64,000 nt of DNA. Source: a candidate division WOR-3 bacterium. GTDB taxonomy: Bacteria > Hydrothermota > Hydrothermia > LBFQ01. This document shows, piece after piece, positions 19,034-28,728 of the stretch. The DNA lies in NCBI GenBank assembly GCA_015492295.1, contig WGFI01000121.1, positions 2,787 through 66,786 on the forward strand, given 5' to 3'. A program made the translations under genes and the position numbers. Every line of letters starts with the position of its first letter. The first letter of the stretch is position 1. The notes beneath the pieces are model-generated. The model saw nothing but the letters and a program-made list of their open reading frames with translations. It ran no database searches and was not told the DNA's origin.

Positions 19034-20407
19034 CTACCTGAGTATGCGCTTGTATATTCTATTTCCCGACCTTATGAAGTACACCCCCGTAGGGAGATTC
19101 CTAAAATCACCCTTAACGAGAGATCCATCAACACGATATATTTTAATATCGGTGCGTCTGTCCTCTAAGGATAAGCTCTCGTCCGCAGAAGTGCTTATGG
19201 TTCTCGCGTAATAAACGGCTCCAGCATCATCCCCATAGTAGTCGTTAGCCCATATTGCGTATAGATTTCCCCCATCATATATAAACCCATTATAATCGTG
19301 CCCAGCCGGACTTTCATTGAAATAATAATCGTGATCGGAAACCCTTCCGGGCGGTGAGAATGTCGTCCCCCAGTTGGTTGAGTACGCCCACTTTGTTGTC
19401 CAAAAAGTCCCAACTTTTTCCTGCCACATAACATATATTGTTGAGGGTGAGGAGCTGGTTATCATAGGTAGCACTTGATCAGATGAAGTCTGGGCCACAT
19501 ACCTGTTATTCCAAGTTAAGCCCCCATCCGTTGAATACGCTACCCCAACATTACAATAGGAACCGTTGGGCTTTATAAATGCTACTGCTATATTGTTCCC
19601 TTGGGCGGTTATGTTATTATGTATTTTCGCTGGTCGGTTAAAGTTCGGGCAATAGGTTGATGATCCAGGTGAAAACGATACCACATCACCCAAGGATGTC
19701 CAAGTGGCCCCATTGTCCGTTGATTTTCTAACCCTTATCTTTATATAAGTTGGCCAACTGTTAAAGTTATTCTGGGAAAGATAGACCGTTGAGCCATCCT
19801 TCCAGAAGTACGCCACAGTTGAAACCACATCGGATAACCTTACGGTATTCCAAGTGGCACCTTCATCCGTACTTCTCGCTATGTTTATCTCATAGTTTCC
19901 ATACTTATCGGTCGTATATGCAACGAGTAAGTTTCCACCACCTAAGGCGATTATCCATGGTTTATCCTTGAAGTACATCCAACTATCATTAGGGGGAAGT
20001 ATGCTACATGTCCAATCGGTTACGGTATCAGGCCTTGATCCAATGTTCTTACAAAAGTAAACCTCTCCCGTGGGTGTATAAGGATTACAGTATATCATTC
20101 CAACAGCGTAAAACCTGTTCGGATTCGTTGGATCCGCGGCCACAGAAGGATCACCTATCCAGCAATTTATAGTGTCCGAAGGTGGTAGGTACCACACAAA
20201 TTTCCAAGTTGCCCCACCGTCTGAACTTATAGCAAAATCATTGGCTGAGAAAAAACTACTCCAATCCGTATCTATCCAATGAGCCGCTATCCACGACGAA
20301 GATTTTGCCAATGAAGCTTCCAGTTGATCCATGTTCGTTGTTATGTCCCAGTTTGATACCTTAATGTTGGTCCCAAAAGGTGGATCAACAATCAAAAATA
20401 TCAACAT
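19034..20407 (-). CDS. BNR/Asp-box repeat (sialidase-like) protein with T9SS C-terminal sorting domain
   Basis: Four Asp-box repeats (SSDGGATW, STDEGATW, STDNGATW, STDGGLTW). C-terminus GVYFIRSGNRIYKRILR resembles the T9SS CTD. No N-terminal signal peptide in this ORF. Confidence 0.65.
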   Translation of the reverse strand: MLIFLIVDPPFGTNIKVSNWDITTNMDQLEASLAKSSSWIAAHWIDTDWSSFFSANDFAISSDGGATWKFVWYLPPSDTINCWIGDPSVAADPTNPNRFYAVGMIYCNPYTPTGEVYFCKNIGSRPDTVTDWTCSILPPNDSWMYFKDKPWIIALGGGNLLVAYTTDKYGNYEINIARSTDEGATWNTVRLSDVVSTVAYFWKDGSTVYLSQNNFNSWPTYIKIRVRKSTDNGATWTSLGDVVSFSPGSSTYCPNFNRPAKIHNNITAQGNNIAVAFIKPNGSYCNVGVAYSTDGGLTWNNRYVAQTSSDQVLPMITSSSPSTIYVMWQEKVGTFWTTKWAYSTNWGTTFSPPGRVSDHDYYFNESPAGHDYNGFIYDGGNLYAIWANDYYGDDAGAVYYARTISTSADESLSLEDRRTDIKIYRVDGSLVKGDFRNLPTGVYFIRSGNRIYKRILR

Positions 20408-20419
20408 GGTAATACCTCC

Positions 20420-20941
20420 CTATTCTATATATGCGCCTGAAAAATCCATTTTCGCGCTCTCAGAAGAAGATATTACCAGTTTCATAGGCATTATAACATC
20501 GGGACGTGAAGGCATACCAAGACCAAATTCTAAGCCTTTGGAAAGGTCAAATTTCACTAATATCCAATCGTTATCCAGATTCACTTCCTTTGAAAGCATA
20601 CGGTATGCACCGTTATAAGTATAGTAAAGATTGATTCTTATTCTGCCGCTACCTCTTACCATAAGCCTCACCGTTTTTGAATCCTTGAAATCCCTACTCT
20701 CACCGAATAAGGTTGCGGATGCGGGATCGGATTGGGAACCGGAGAAATCTATCGCCGCAGGTTCTCCCCATCTCTTTCCTTTGAGAACGGGAGCCTTCGT
20801 TATGGTATTGAGAGTTGAATTGTATAATCTCCATTCCCCCGCCTTTTTGGAAGGTGCGGGGGTAATTGGAATACCTATCGCGGCACCTTTACCTATGGTG
20901 ATTAACCATAACATGATGCGAATATTATAAAGAGGATTCAT
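20420..20941 (-). CDS. secreted protein (signal peptide), in-frame with the downstream BNR gene across a single TAG
   Basis: An internal Met gives MNPLYNIRIMLWLITIGKGAAIGIP, which is signal-peptide-like. The TAG stop at 20422-20420 is followed in the same frame by GGIT then the Met of the BNR ORF. Confidence 0.4.
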   Translation of the reverse strand: MNPLYNIRIMLWLITIGKGAAIGIPITPAPSKKAGEWRLYNSTLNTITKAPVLKGKRWGEPAAIDFSGSQSDPASATLFGESRDFKDSKTVRLMVRGSGRIRINLYYTYNGAYRMLSKEVNLDNDWILVKFDLSKGLEFGLGMPSRPDVIMPMKLVISSSESAKMDFSGAYIE

Positions 20942-20978
20942 CACTGAAAACTTTTCAACTTTAAAATTCTCACCTGAG

Positions 20979-21866
20979 GTGGAAACTATGGAGATACGCA
21001 TAATGATACCTGAGGAAAAGGCTATGGAGTTTTTTGGTGTTTATGATGAGCATTTGAAGGAGCTTAAAAGGATGTATCCTTCGGTAAAGATCTCCGCCAG
21101 GGGTTCCGAGGTTAGGTTGAGGGGTTCGGAGAGCGATGTGAATATGGTTAAGGAGAGGATTCTGAGGATGCTGGAAGGCGAGGATACCGTTCCCGACATT
21201 GATGAGGATACCGACACCATAATAACATTCAAGAAAAAGATAAAACCCATAAGCGCGCATCAAAGGGAATATATAAGATCCATAGAGGAGAACGATGTTA
21301 TCTTTGCCATAGGACCCGCCGGTACGGGAAAAACCTTCTTAGCCGTCGCCATGGCTGTAAAGTATCTGCGAGAAGGTAAAGTTGAAAAGATAATCCTAAC
21401 CAGGCCCGCGGTTGAGGCGGGTGAGAGTCTCGGATACCTACCCGGAACATATGAAGAAAAGGTGTATCCATACCTTATACCCCTTTATGATGCCCTGTTT
21501 TCAATGGTACCTTATGATAAGGTTAGGAGGATGATGGATGCAAGGATAGTTGAGATCGCCCCCTTGGCATACATGAGAGGAAGAACCCTATCCGATGCGT
21601 TCATAATCCTTGACGAGGCGCAAAACACGAAGACCGTACAAATGAAGATGTTCCTGACGAGGATAGGACCGAGGTCAAAAGTGGTGATCACGGGAGATAT
21701 AACCCAAATAGACTTACCAAAGAACGAGAAATCCGGTTTAATTGAGGCTGTAAATATACTCAAAGATGTGAAGGGTATAGGCTTTGTATATTTTACTAAG
21801 GAAGATGTATCAAGGCACAGGATAGTCAAAAGGATCATAGAAGCATACGAAAAGCATGGATTGTGA
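20979..21866 (+). CDS. phoH: PhoH family ATPase (KH domain + PhoH)
   Basis: Walker A AIGPAGTGKTFLAVAMA. PhoH-like C-terminal domain. Confidence 0.85.
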   Translation: METMEIRIMIPEEKAMEFFGVYDEHLKELKRMYPSVKISARGSEVRLRGSESDVNMVKERILRMLEGEDTVPDIDEDTDTIITFKKKIKPISAHQREYIRSIEENDVIFAIGPAGTGKTFLAVAMAVKYLREGKVEKIILTRPAVEAGESLGYLPGTYEEKVYPYLIPLYDALFSMVPYDKVRRMMDARIVEIAPLAYMRGRTLSDAFIILDEAQNTKTVQMKMFLTRIGPRSKVVITGDITQIDLPKNEKSGLIEAVNILKDVKGIGFVYFTKEDVSRHRIVKRIIEAYEKHGL

Positions 21867-23746
21867 ATAAGATTCTAAGCGCCATAATCATTTCATTGGT
21901 GGTTGCACTATCCCCCATCTTTTATAAGGATTATCTCAATTACAAACCCGGCGATGTCATAAAAAAGACCATAATAGCCACACGAAGGATCGTAGTTGAA
22001 AAATCCCCCGAGAGGTTGAGGCAGGATTCTATGGACATAATCAACAACTCGCCCCCCGTATATATAAAGAGAGCCTTCATAGATTCGTTAAACCTCCTGA
22101 TAGATAGCCTATCGGAAAGGATACCCACTTTGGATATAACATCCCTTAGAAAAAGGGCTTTGGAACTCCTTCAAAGGGGGATAGTTGATGTTAAATATCC
22201 TGGACCCATACTCATATATCAAGATGGGAATTATGTACCGGCGTTTGGAGGGAGCTTTCCGTCAATAGGGGAAATATGCAAGAAGGATGATACTCTATGC
22301 CTGGTTCTTTTCCCAACCTTGATATACGATTCCACCTTAACCTACGAATATATAAACTCACGCTTGAAGTCTATAAGCAAGGTTGATTTCATAATAAATC
22401 CCGGTGAGGTGGTTGTATCAAAGGGAGAGATCGTCAATGATACCACACTCAGGATACTTGAAGCGTACAGAAAAACCAACTTAATGCCTAGGAGATGGGC
22501 GTTCTTGGGGCTCTGTATATTGATCTCCATATTCATCTTCATAGGATTCTATGTGAGGAGATGGGATGTACCTTCTTCCGCCTCCGTCTTCATATTTTCT
22601 GTGGTGTATTTATCCGAACTTGCAATGCATAAATTCTCCCCAGCCCCCATATATTTCACATTATCCCCCCTAATATCCTTAGCCGTATCATCCCTTGACA
22701 CGCCAACCATGGGCATAAGTTTGGCTTTACTCCTTGCCATAATCAGGGGGGCGAATTACGATTTTGGACTAACAATACCCCTTTACTTCGCATCCATGGC
22801 CATAACATCGTCAATGGGCATAAAGATCTTCAAAAGGAGGGTCCATACCCTGTATATCATCGTTATGACATTCATAAGCGGAATGGTTTCACTCCTCATC
22901 TCAATTCCCTTTATGCAAACGGAGGGTTATTCCCTAAGTAATCTGTTGGATATGGGTGTATGGTGCGGTGCATCCTCGTTTATATCAACGAGCTTGTATT
23001 TTATCGTCCTACCTTTGATAGAAAGAATATTCCATAGAACCACAGAATTTTCTCTGATTGAACTAACTTCCTTGGATCATCCTTTGCTTAAAGAGCTTTC
23101 AAATAAGGCCCCAGGAACCTTTGCCCATTCAATATCCGTGGGACACCTTGCAGAGGCAGCGGCGAGGGTTGTGGGTGCAAACCACATACTCGCGAAGGTC
23201 GGTGGATACTATCATGATATTGGTAAGATCTTCAACCCGGAATATTTCATAGAAAACCAGATTGACGAAAATCCCCACGATAACCTTGATCCCATAACGA
23301 GCGCAAAGATAATAATATCCCATGTAAAGAAAGGTGTTGAACTTGCGAGGAAGCACAATTTGCCCGAGGAGGTTGTAAATATAATAGCATCCCATCATGG
23401 AACCACCTTGCTGAAACCTTTCTACCTCCGCGCCAAATCCTCAAAATTACCCTATTCGGAGGAACAGTTTAGATATCCAGGACCGAAACCCAAAACACCC
23501 GAAGAGGGCATAGTTATGCTGGCGGATTCCGTTGAGGCGGCATCCAGAGGAGCATATACGGAAGAAGAGATAAGGGAGATGATTGATAGGGTGTTTAATG
23601 AGAAGATAAACGATGGACAACTTGATTGGGTACCATTATCGCGAGGGGATTTGCAGAAGGTGAAGGATGCGTTTATCCCTATCTTGCTCGCTTACAGACA
23701 TACTAGGCCAAAATATCCAAAGAAAATGGGAAAGGATGAAGGGTAA
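21863..23746 (+). CDS. 7TM receptor with intracellular HD hydrolase (HDIG, YqfF-like)
   Basis: Multiple TM helices followed by an HD domain (HSISVGHLAE...YYHDIGK). The phoH-yqfF gene order is classic. Confidence 0.8.
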   Translation: MNKILSAIIISLVVALSPIFYKDYLNYKPGDVIKKTIIATRRIVVEKSPERLRQDSMDIINNSPPVYIKRAFIDSLNLLIDSLSERIPTLDITSLRKRALELLQRGIVDVKYPGPILIYQDGNYVPAFGGSFPSIGEICKKDDTLCLVLFPTLIYDSTLTYEYINSRLKSISKVDFIINPGEVVVSKGEIVNDTTLRILEAYRKTNLMPRRWAFLGLCILISIFIFIGFYVRRWDVPSSASVFIFSVVYLSELAMHKFSPAPIYFTLSPLISLAVSSLDTPTMGISLALLLAIIRGANYDFGLTIPLYFASMAITSSMGIKIFKRRVHTLYIIVMTFISGMVSLLISIPFMQTEGYSLSNLLDMGVWCGASSFISTSLYFIVLPLIERIFHRTTEFSLIELTSLDHPLLKELSNKAPGTFAHSISVGHLAEAAARVVGANHILAKVGGYYHDIGKIFNPEYFIENQIDENPHDNLDPITSAKIIISHVKKGVELARKHNLPEEVVNIIASHHGTTLLKPFYLRAKSSKLPYSEEQFRYPGPKPKTPEEGIVMLADSVEAASRGAYTEEEIREMIDRVFNEKINDGQLDWVPLSRGDLQKVKDAFIPILLAYRHTRPKYPKKMGKDEG

Positions 23747-24791
23747 GGTCGTAGTTGGTCTCTCCGGAGGTGTTGATAGCTCCGTAGCGGCTTATATGCT
23801 CAAAGAGGAAGGGTATGAGGTTATAGGCGCGAGTGTGGTTTTATACAAGGAGAGTAAGAATCCTTATGCCTGTTGCAGCATAGGTTCCTTGCAGATGGCC
23901 AAGAGAGTTGCGATGTACTTGGGTATAGAGTTTTACGAGTTGGATTATTCGGATGGATTTAAGAGGGATGTGATCGGATATTTTATGAACGAATACGCGA
24001 GATGCCGAACACCCAACCCATGTCTCATATGTAACAGGGATTATAAGATTAAAGCGTTGTTTGATCTCGCCGATGAGATAGGCGCTGATTATGTCGCAAC
24101 TGGGCATTATATAAGGAAAGGCTTTTATAAGGGTGTGGAACTAATGATGAGGGGAAAGGATAGGAATAAGGATCAATCTTACTTTATGTTCAGGATACCT
24201 TCCGAGTGGATAAGAAGACTACTCTTTCCCGTTGGTAATATGAGCAAAGCGGAAGTTAGGAGTATAGCATTAAAGGTGAAATTGCCCACGGCCAAAAAAC
24301 CGGAGTCTCAGGATCTATGTTTCGTTGATGGGAATTACAGGGATTTCCTTCTTAGAATGGGTCTGAGGCCCAAGGAGGGAAGGTTTTTGTATAAGGGAAA
24401 GATCGTCGGAACGCATAAAGGGGCGTTCTTCTATACCATAGGTCAAAGGAAAGGTTTGAATGTTTCACTTGGTAAGAGGGTTTATGTCAAAGGGTTTAGA
24501 AACGGGGATATACTACTCGGTGATTTGGAGGAGATCATGTTGAAAGAGATTCTGGTTTCCAACATCAACTGGCATTACAGACCCGAAGGTGAAATTGATG
24601 CGTACGTTCAAATAAGGGCGGGATCAAAGGCGGAGAAGGCGAAAATAATGGAGTTTGAAGATAAAGTCTTAGTTAAATTCCATAAACCCGTATTCGCACC
24701 CACGCCGGGGCAAGGGGCCGCCTTTTACATAGACGATTTTCTCATAGGTGGAGGTACGATAGAATCCTCTCCTTATGATCATAAGGGATAA
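23736..24791 (+). CDS. mnmA: tRNA-specific 2-thiouridylase MnmA
   Basis: PP-loop VVVGLSGGVDSSVAAYML. The ATG at 23736 (MKGKVV) is preferred over the ORF-track start 23667. Confidence 0.85.
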   Translation: MKGKVVVGLSGGVDSSVAAYMLKEEGYEVIGASVVLYKESKNPYACCSIGSLQMAKRVAMYLGIEFYELDYSDGFKRDVIGYFMNEYARCRTPNPCLICNRDYKIKALFDLADEIGADYVATGHYIRKGFYKGVELMMRGKDRNKDQSYFMFRIPSEWIRRLLFPVGNMSKAEVRSIALKVKLPTAKKPESQDLCFVDGNYRDFLLRMGLRPKEGRFLYKGKIVGTHKGAFFYTIGQRKGLNVSLGKRVYVKGFRNGDILLGDLEEIMLKEILVSNINWHYRPEGEIDAYVQIRAGSKAEKAKIMEFEDKVLVKFHKPVFAPTPGQGAAFYIDDFLIGGGTIESSPYDHKG

Positions 24792-25623
24792 CCATACGGG
24801 GTTCCAGAGTTTTCATAAACCTGATCTGCCTCCTCGCCAAAATCTTGTCCGCCTTGTACTTTTTTCTTATGGCGGTTTCATAATCGTATTTTCCTTCAAG
24901 GAATTCCAAGGACTGCCTATACGCAACCACCTTCTTCCCCCATTCCTTAAAACACGGATAAATCTTTAAGATTTCCTTCGTTTCCTCTATCAAACCCTCC
25001 TCAAACATTACCCTCGCCCTATGTTCAAGTTTTCTATAAAGAACATCTCTCGGAATATCTATGAAAAGGTAGATAGGCTTAAACTTCGGCTTTCGCTTGA
25101 ATCTCCTCCAAAAGGATATGGGTTTTCCCGTCGCGAGGAGTATCTCCAAAGCCCTGCTTATTCTGTACTTATCGTTAGGGTGGATTTTCCTCGCGGTTTC
25201 AGGATCCTTCTCCTTCAATATATCATAACCCTTACCCTCATAAGATAAGACTTTGGCTTTCTCCTTAATATCTGGGGGTATCTCGGGTTGCTCAAAGAAC
25301 CCCTCAAACAGCGCTTTCAGATATAAAACGCTCGCCCCTTCAATGATGACCCTTTTCCCATCATTAACGAGATTCTCTATCTCTTTCTCCGCCATCTCCA
25401 TCCATTGATATGCCGAAAAACTCTCGCAAGGTTCAATTATATCCAGCAGTTTATAAAATTTCCTATCCTTTTTCGGGGGCTTGGCCGTACCTATGTCAAG
25501 GTATCTGTATATCTTACGACTGTCTGCGTTTATTATCACGAATCCGTACCCTTTCGCCAAAGATAACGCCAATTCCGTCTTACCGCTTCCCGTAGGTCCG
25601 ATTATTACGGGTATCTCAATCAA
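24742..25623 (-). CDS. miaA: tRNA dimethylallyltransferase MiaA
   Basis: P-loop IIGPTGSGKTELALSLA. IPT family. Confidence 0.85.
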   Translation of the reverse strand: MIEIPVIIGPTGSGKTELALSLAKGYGFVIINADSRKIYRYLDIGTAKPPKKDRKFYKLLDIIEPCESFSAYQWMEMAEKEIENLVNDGKRVIIEGASVLYLKALFEGFFEQPEIPPDIKEKAKVLSYEGKGYDILKEKDPETARKIHPNDKYRISRALEILLATGKPISFWRRFKRKPKFKPIYLFIDIPRDVLYRKLEHRARVMFEEGLIEETKEILKIYPCFKEWGKKVVAYRQSLEFLEGKYDYETAIRKKYKADKILARRQIRFMKTLEPRMVIPYDHKERILSYLHL

Positions 25624-26726
25624 AGCAGGGTTCTTGATATTACCATCCTCTGAATCTCACTTGTACCCTCGCCTATCTCCAACACCTTGGTATCCCTGAA
25701 CAACCTCTCCGCCTCACCCCACACTACGCCATCCGGTCCCAGTATATCCATCATTATATTCACCGATTTCATAGCATATTCCGAGGCAACTAGCTTGGCT
25801 ATGGAAGCCTCCTTTGTGAAGTTTTCCCCTTTATCTTTTTTCTCAGCCGCCTTAAATGTATATTCCTTAGAGACCTCGTACATCCACGCTAAATCGGCGA
25901 GGCGATATGTGAAATTCTCGTTATCAGTCAGTCCATTTTCCTTCACATACTCCGTGGATATTTCAAGCGCCCTCGCTATCGTCCCCATTCCCATGGCGGC
26001 TATGCCTATCCTTCCAGCATCCAATGAAGCGAGAGCATACTTAAAACCTTCCCCCCTTTTCCCTATGACCTTATCCTTAGGAACGAAGACATCATCAAAA
26101 ACTATCGTAGATGTAACGGATCCCCTCCACCCCAGCTTATACTCGTTTTTGAGCACGAGGAAACCTTTTGAATCGGTATCAACCAGAAAAGCCGTTATTC
26201 CTTTTTTCCCCTTTTCAGGATCCGTACTGGCCATGGTTATAACGAAGTTTGCAACGGAGGCGTTCGTTATAAAGACCTTCTGACCGTTGAGTTTGAATCC
26301 TCCATCCGTCTCCTCCGCTCTGGTTCTTAGATTTCCGGCATCCGATCCGCAACAGGGCTCCGTAAGGGCGAATGCCCCTATGTATTCTCCGCTTGACACC
26401 TTAGGAAGGTACTCCCTTTTTATATCCTCGGAGGCGAAGTTTATGAGAAATCCCGCTGAAAGTCCAGAAGTCACGGCAAAGGTCACGGCGGTTGATGGGC
26501 AAACCTTGGTGAGTTCCTCTATGAATATAACATAATGCTTGGTGGTCAAACCCAATCCTCCATACTTCTCTGGTATTATAACTCCCGCGAGTCCGGATTC
26601 AAATACTTTGCTGACGCTTTCCTTGGCGAATCTGTCCTCCCTATCAACGATCATGGAAAACTGCTTTATACTCTCCGCAACTTCCCTTACATACTCCCTA
26701 AATTCGTCAAGTTGAGCAGGTACCAT
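25620..26726 (-). CDS. acyl-CoA dehydrogenase
   Basis: AFALTEPCCGSDAGNLRTRAEE and GxGxxxLASLD-like ACAD motifs. The ATG at 26726 is preferred; the GTG at 26771 would leave only 3 bp to the divergent gene. Confidence 0.8.
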   Translation of the reverse strand: MVPAQLDEFREYVREVAESIKQFSMIVDREDRFAKESVSKVFESGLAGVIIPEKYGGLGLTTKHYVIFIEELTKVCPSTAVTFAVTSGLSAGFLINFASEDIKREYLPKVSSGEYIGAFALTEPCCGSDAGNLRTRAEETDGGFKLNGQKVFITNASVANFVITMASTDPEKGKKGITAFLVDTDSKGFLVLKNEYKLGWRGSVTSTIVFDDVFVPKDKVIGKRGEGFKYALASLDAGRIGIAAMGMGTIARALEISTEYVKENGLTDNENFTYRLADLAWMYEVSKEYTFKAAEKKDKGENFTKEASIAKLVASEYAMKSVNIMMDILGPDGVVWGEAERLFRDTKVLEIGEGTSEIQRMVISRTLL

Positions 26727-26774
26727 ACGGAGTATTTTACGGATGAAATATTTCCCCAGTAAAATATCCACCTT

Positions 26775-27953
26775 ATGGATTTACATCAGAATGTGGTTCC
26801 TACGCTGCCTCTGTTGGTTAAGAGGACGGTTGAGGAGATAGAGGAGGAGATTCTCTCCACCAATTTGAATGTGGGGGTTTTGATACCCGCCTTGTACAGC
26901 GACTTTTCCCAACCCGAAATGTTTAAAATTATGCAGTCTTTATCTGAAACCAAGGGGATAAGCAGGGTTTTTATAGTGTTGGATAGGGCGAGTTTGGAAG
27001 AGTTTAGGGAGGCTTTTAATAAGGTTGAAGAGATCTTGGGGGAGAAGGGCATAGTGATATGGAATGACAATCCAGCGTTAAAGGAGATAAGGCAGAATAT
27101 AGCGAGGGAATTCGTTTTGGGTCAGAGGGGTAAGGGTATGGCTGTCTGGATGGGCTTGGGTTATATAATAGGAAGAATGGATACACCCATACTTGTGATG
27201 CACGATGCGGATATAAAGACATATACGCCCTATATTCCTCTTCTCCTGGCCTACCCCATCGCTAAGTTGCAATACGCTTTTACGAAAGGATACTACGCGA
27301 GATTTGGAAACAGGTTGTTCGGTAGGGTTGTAAGATTGTTCTACTTCCCTATAATAAGGACACTTAAAATGGTCTTTGGTTCAAGCGAATTCCTTGAATT
27401 CTTGGGGGATTTCCGTTATCCTCTATCAGGGGAAATGGGAGGATATGTTAGCATATTCCGTAATATGAGGATACCCTCCGATTGGGGTATGGAGGTCAGC
27501 ATACTCTCGGAGACTTATAGGGTTTTAAAGGTTGAAAGTATAGCCCAAGTGCAGATAGCTGGTAGGTACGATCACAAACACAGAAGTAGGGATGATCTGA
27601 GGAAAATGGTAATTGATATATTCAAAACATTCTTGGTGGAACTGACTTCAAGGGGCGTAGTTTTCCCAAGCGGTATATACAAAACCTTGAAACATACATA
27701 CATAAATGTGGCAAAGGAATATGTGGAAACATATATGGCCGTAAGCATGATGAACGGTTTAAAGACGAACATACACAGGGAGTATAGATACATAGAGGTT
27801 TTTTCCGATTGTATAGAGCAGGCGATAATGGAGTTTGAGAATGAGAGCGCCCCTTCACCGAAGCTTCCCATATGGGATAGGGTTGAGGCCGCCCTTCCCG
27901 GCACCTTACTTCAAATAGTTGATGCAGTTGAGGAGAGTAAGAGGCTCATTTAA
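26775..27953 (+). CDS. GT81-family glucosyl-/mannosyl-3-phosphoglycerate synthase-like glycosyltransferase
   Basis: Collinear motif matches to GpgS as remembered: VLIPAL, GKGMAVW (cf. PGKGEALW), HDADI (cf. IDSDL), FTKGYYARF...GRV (cf. VKSFYRRPL...GRV), AQVQIAGRYDHKH (cf. AQVNLGxRxH). Not searched. Confidence 0.55.
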   Translation: MDLHQNVVPTLPLLVKRTVEEIEEEILSTNLNVGVLIPALYSDFSQPEMFKIMQSLSETKGISRVFIVLDRASLEEFREAFNKVEEILGEKGIVIWNDNPALKEIRQNIAREFVLGQRGKGMAVWMGLGYIIGRMDTPILVMHDADIKTYTPYIPLLLAYPIAKLQYAFTKGYYARFGNRLFGRVVRLFYFPIIRTLKMVFGSSEFLEFLGDFRYPLSGEMGGYVSIFRNMRIPSDWGMEVSILSETYRVLKVESIAQVQIAGRYDHKHRSRDDLRKMVIDIFKTFLVELTSRGVVFPSGIYKTLKHTYINVAKEYVETYMAVSMMNGLKTNIHREYRYIEVFSDCIEQAIMEFENESAPSPKLPIWDRVEAALPGTLLQIVDAVEESKRLI

Positions 27954-28048
27954 TTATAGCGTCAGGCAAGCTTTTCATAATCCCCTCTCAAAGGCAGAAA
28001 CGCCATCCACCCTCAACTATCACTGGATCACTTATAATCATTATATCA

Positions 28049-28474
28049 TCACCTCACCAAATACAACGGGCTTATCTCTATCTCGTATTCATAAGTCCCA
28101 AAAGTGTCAGCAAGGGGACCTATATTCAATATCAAGGGAACAAAACTTCTTCTCCAACAGGGTGGAGAGCCCCAATACTCCCATATCCATTTCGGAGGAT
28201 TAAAAACATCAAACTCTTTCCTTAAAGTGTCAAGGTTTATTCTTATCTCTAACCACGATGAGTTAAGAGTTTGGATAACAAAGAAACCCCTACAATACTT
28301 CTGATATACAACCAAACCACCTATATCATACCTCCCTTTTCCTCTGATATAAAACACGAGATACTTTCCCCAGTCAAGCAGATCAAGAGGATAGCCTTTA
28401 AGAGTTGAACCGAGAAGAGGCTTAAACTCCCTCGTCTTCCAGTCTCTCTTGTAATACTCCCACCTTCTTTGCAT
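28049..28474 (-). CDS. uncharacterised protein; possibly the 3' part of a frameshifted gene with ORF 28321..28635
   Basis: ORF track. An overlapping upstream ORF in another frame on the same strand. Confidence 0.3.
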   Translation of the reverse strand: MQRRWEYYKRDWKTREFKPLLGSTLKGYPLDLLDWGKYLVFYIRGKGRYDIGGLVVYQKYCRGFFVIQTLNSSWLEIRINLDTLRKEFDVFNPPKWIWEYWGSPPCWRRSFVPLILNIGPLADTFGTYEYEIEISPLYLVR

Positions 28475-28728
28475 TCACCCTTCGGTTTCGGTATATCCTC
28501 GCTTACAGGTAAGGTATCAAAGTTCTTTATGAACCAAGCACCATAATAGAACTCCACGACACCCCAAGACTTCACTATACTATCCGCCTGCCTACTCTCA
28601 TCAAGTTGAGAAAGAAAATACATAAGCATCAGCATAAAGATACATTATAAGGCTGAAACACCATCTTTGGAAACGAATTTATCGCTTACAATGAAAAGAA
28701 ATCGTTCATCCATATAATTCCAATAGGT

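Noticed and set aside
26771-26773. GTG start for the acyl-CoA dehydrogenase at 26771
   Set aside because: It would leave 3 bp between divergent genes. The internal ATG at 26726 gives a typical ACAD N-terminus and a 48-bp divergent promoter region.
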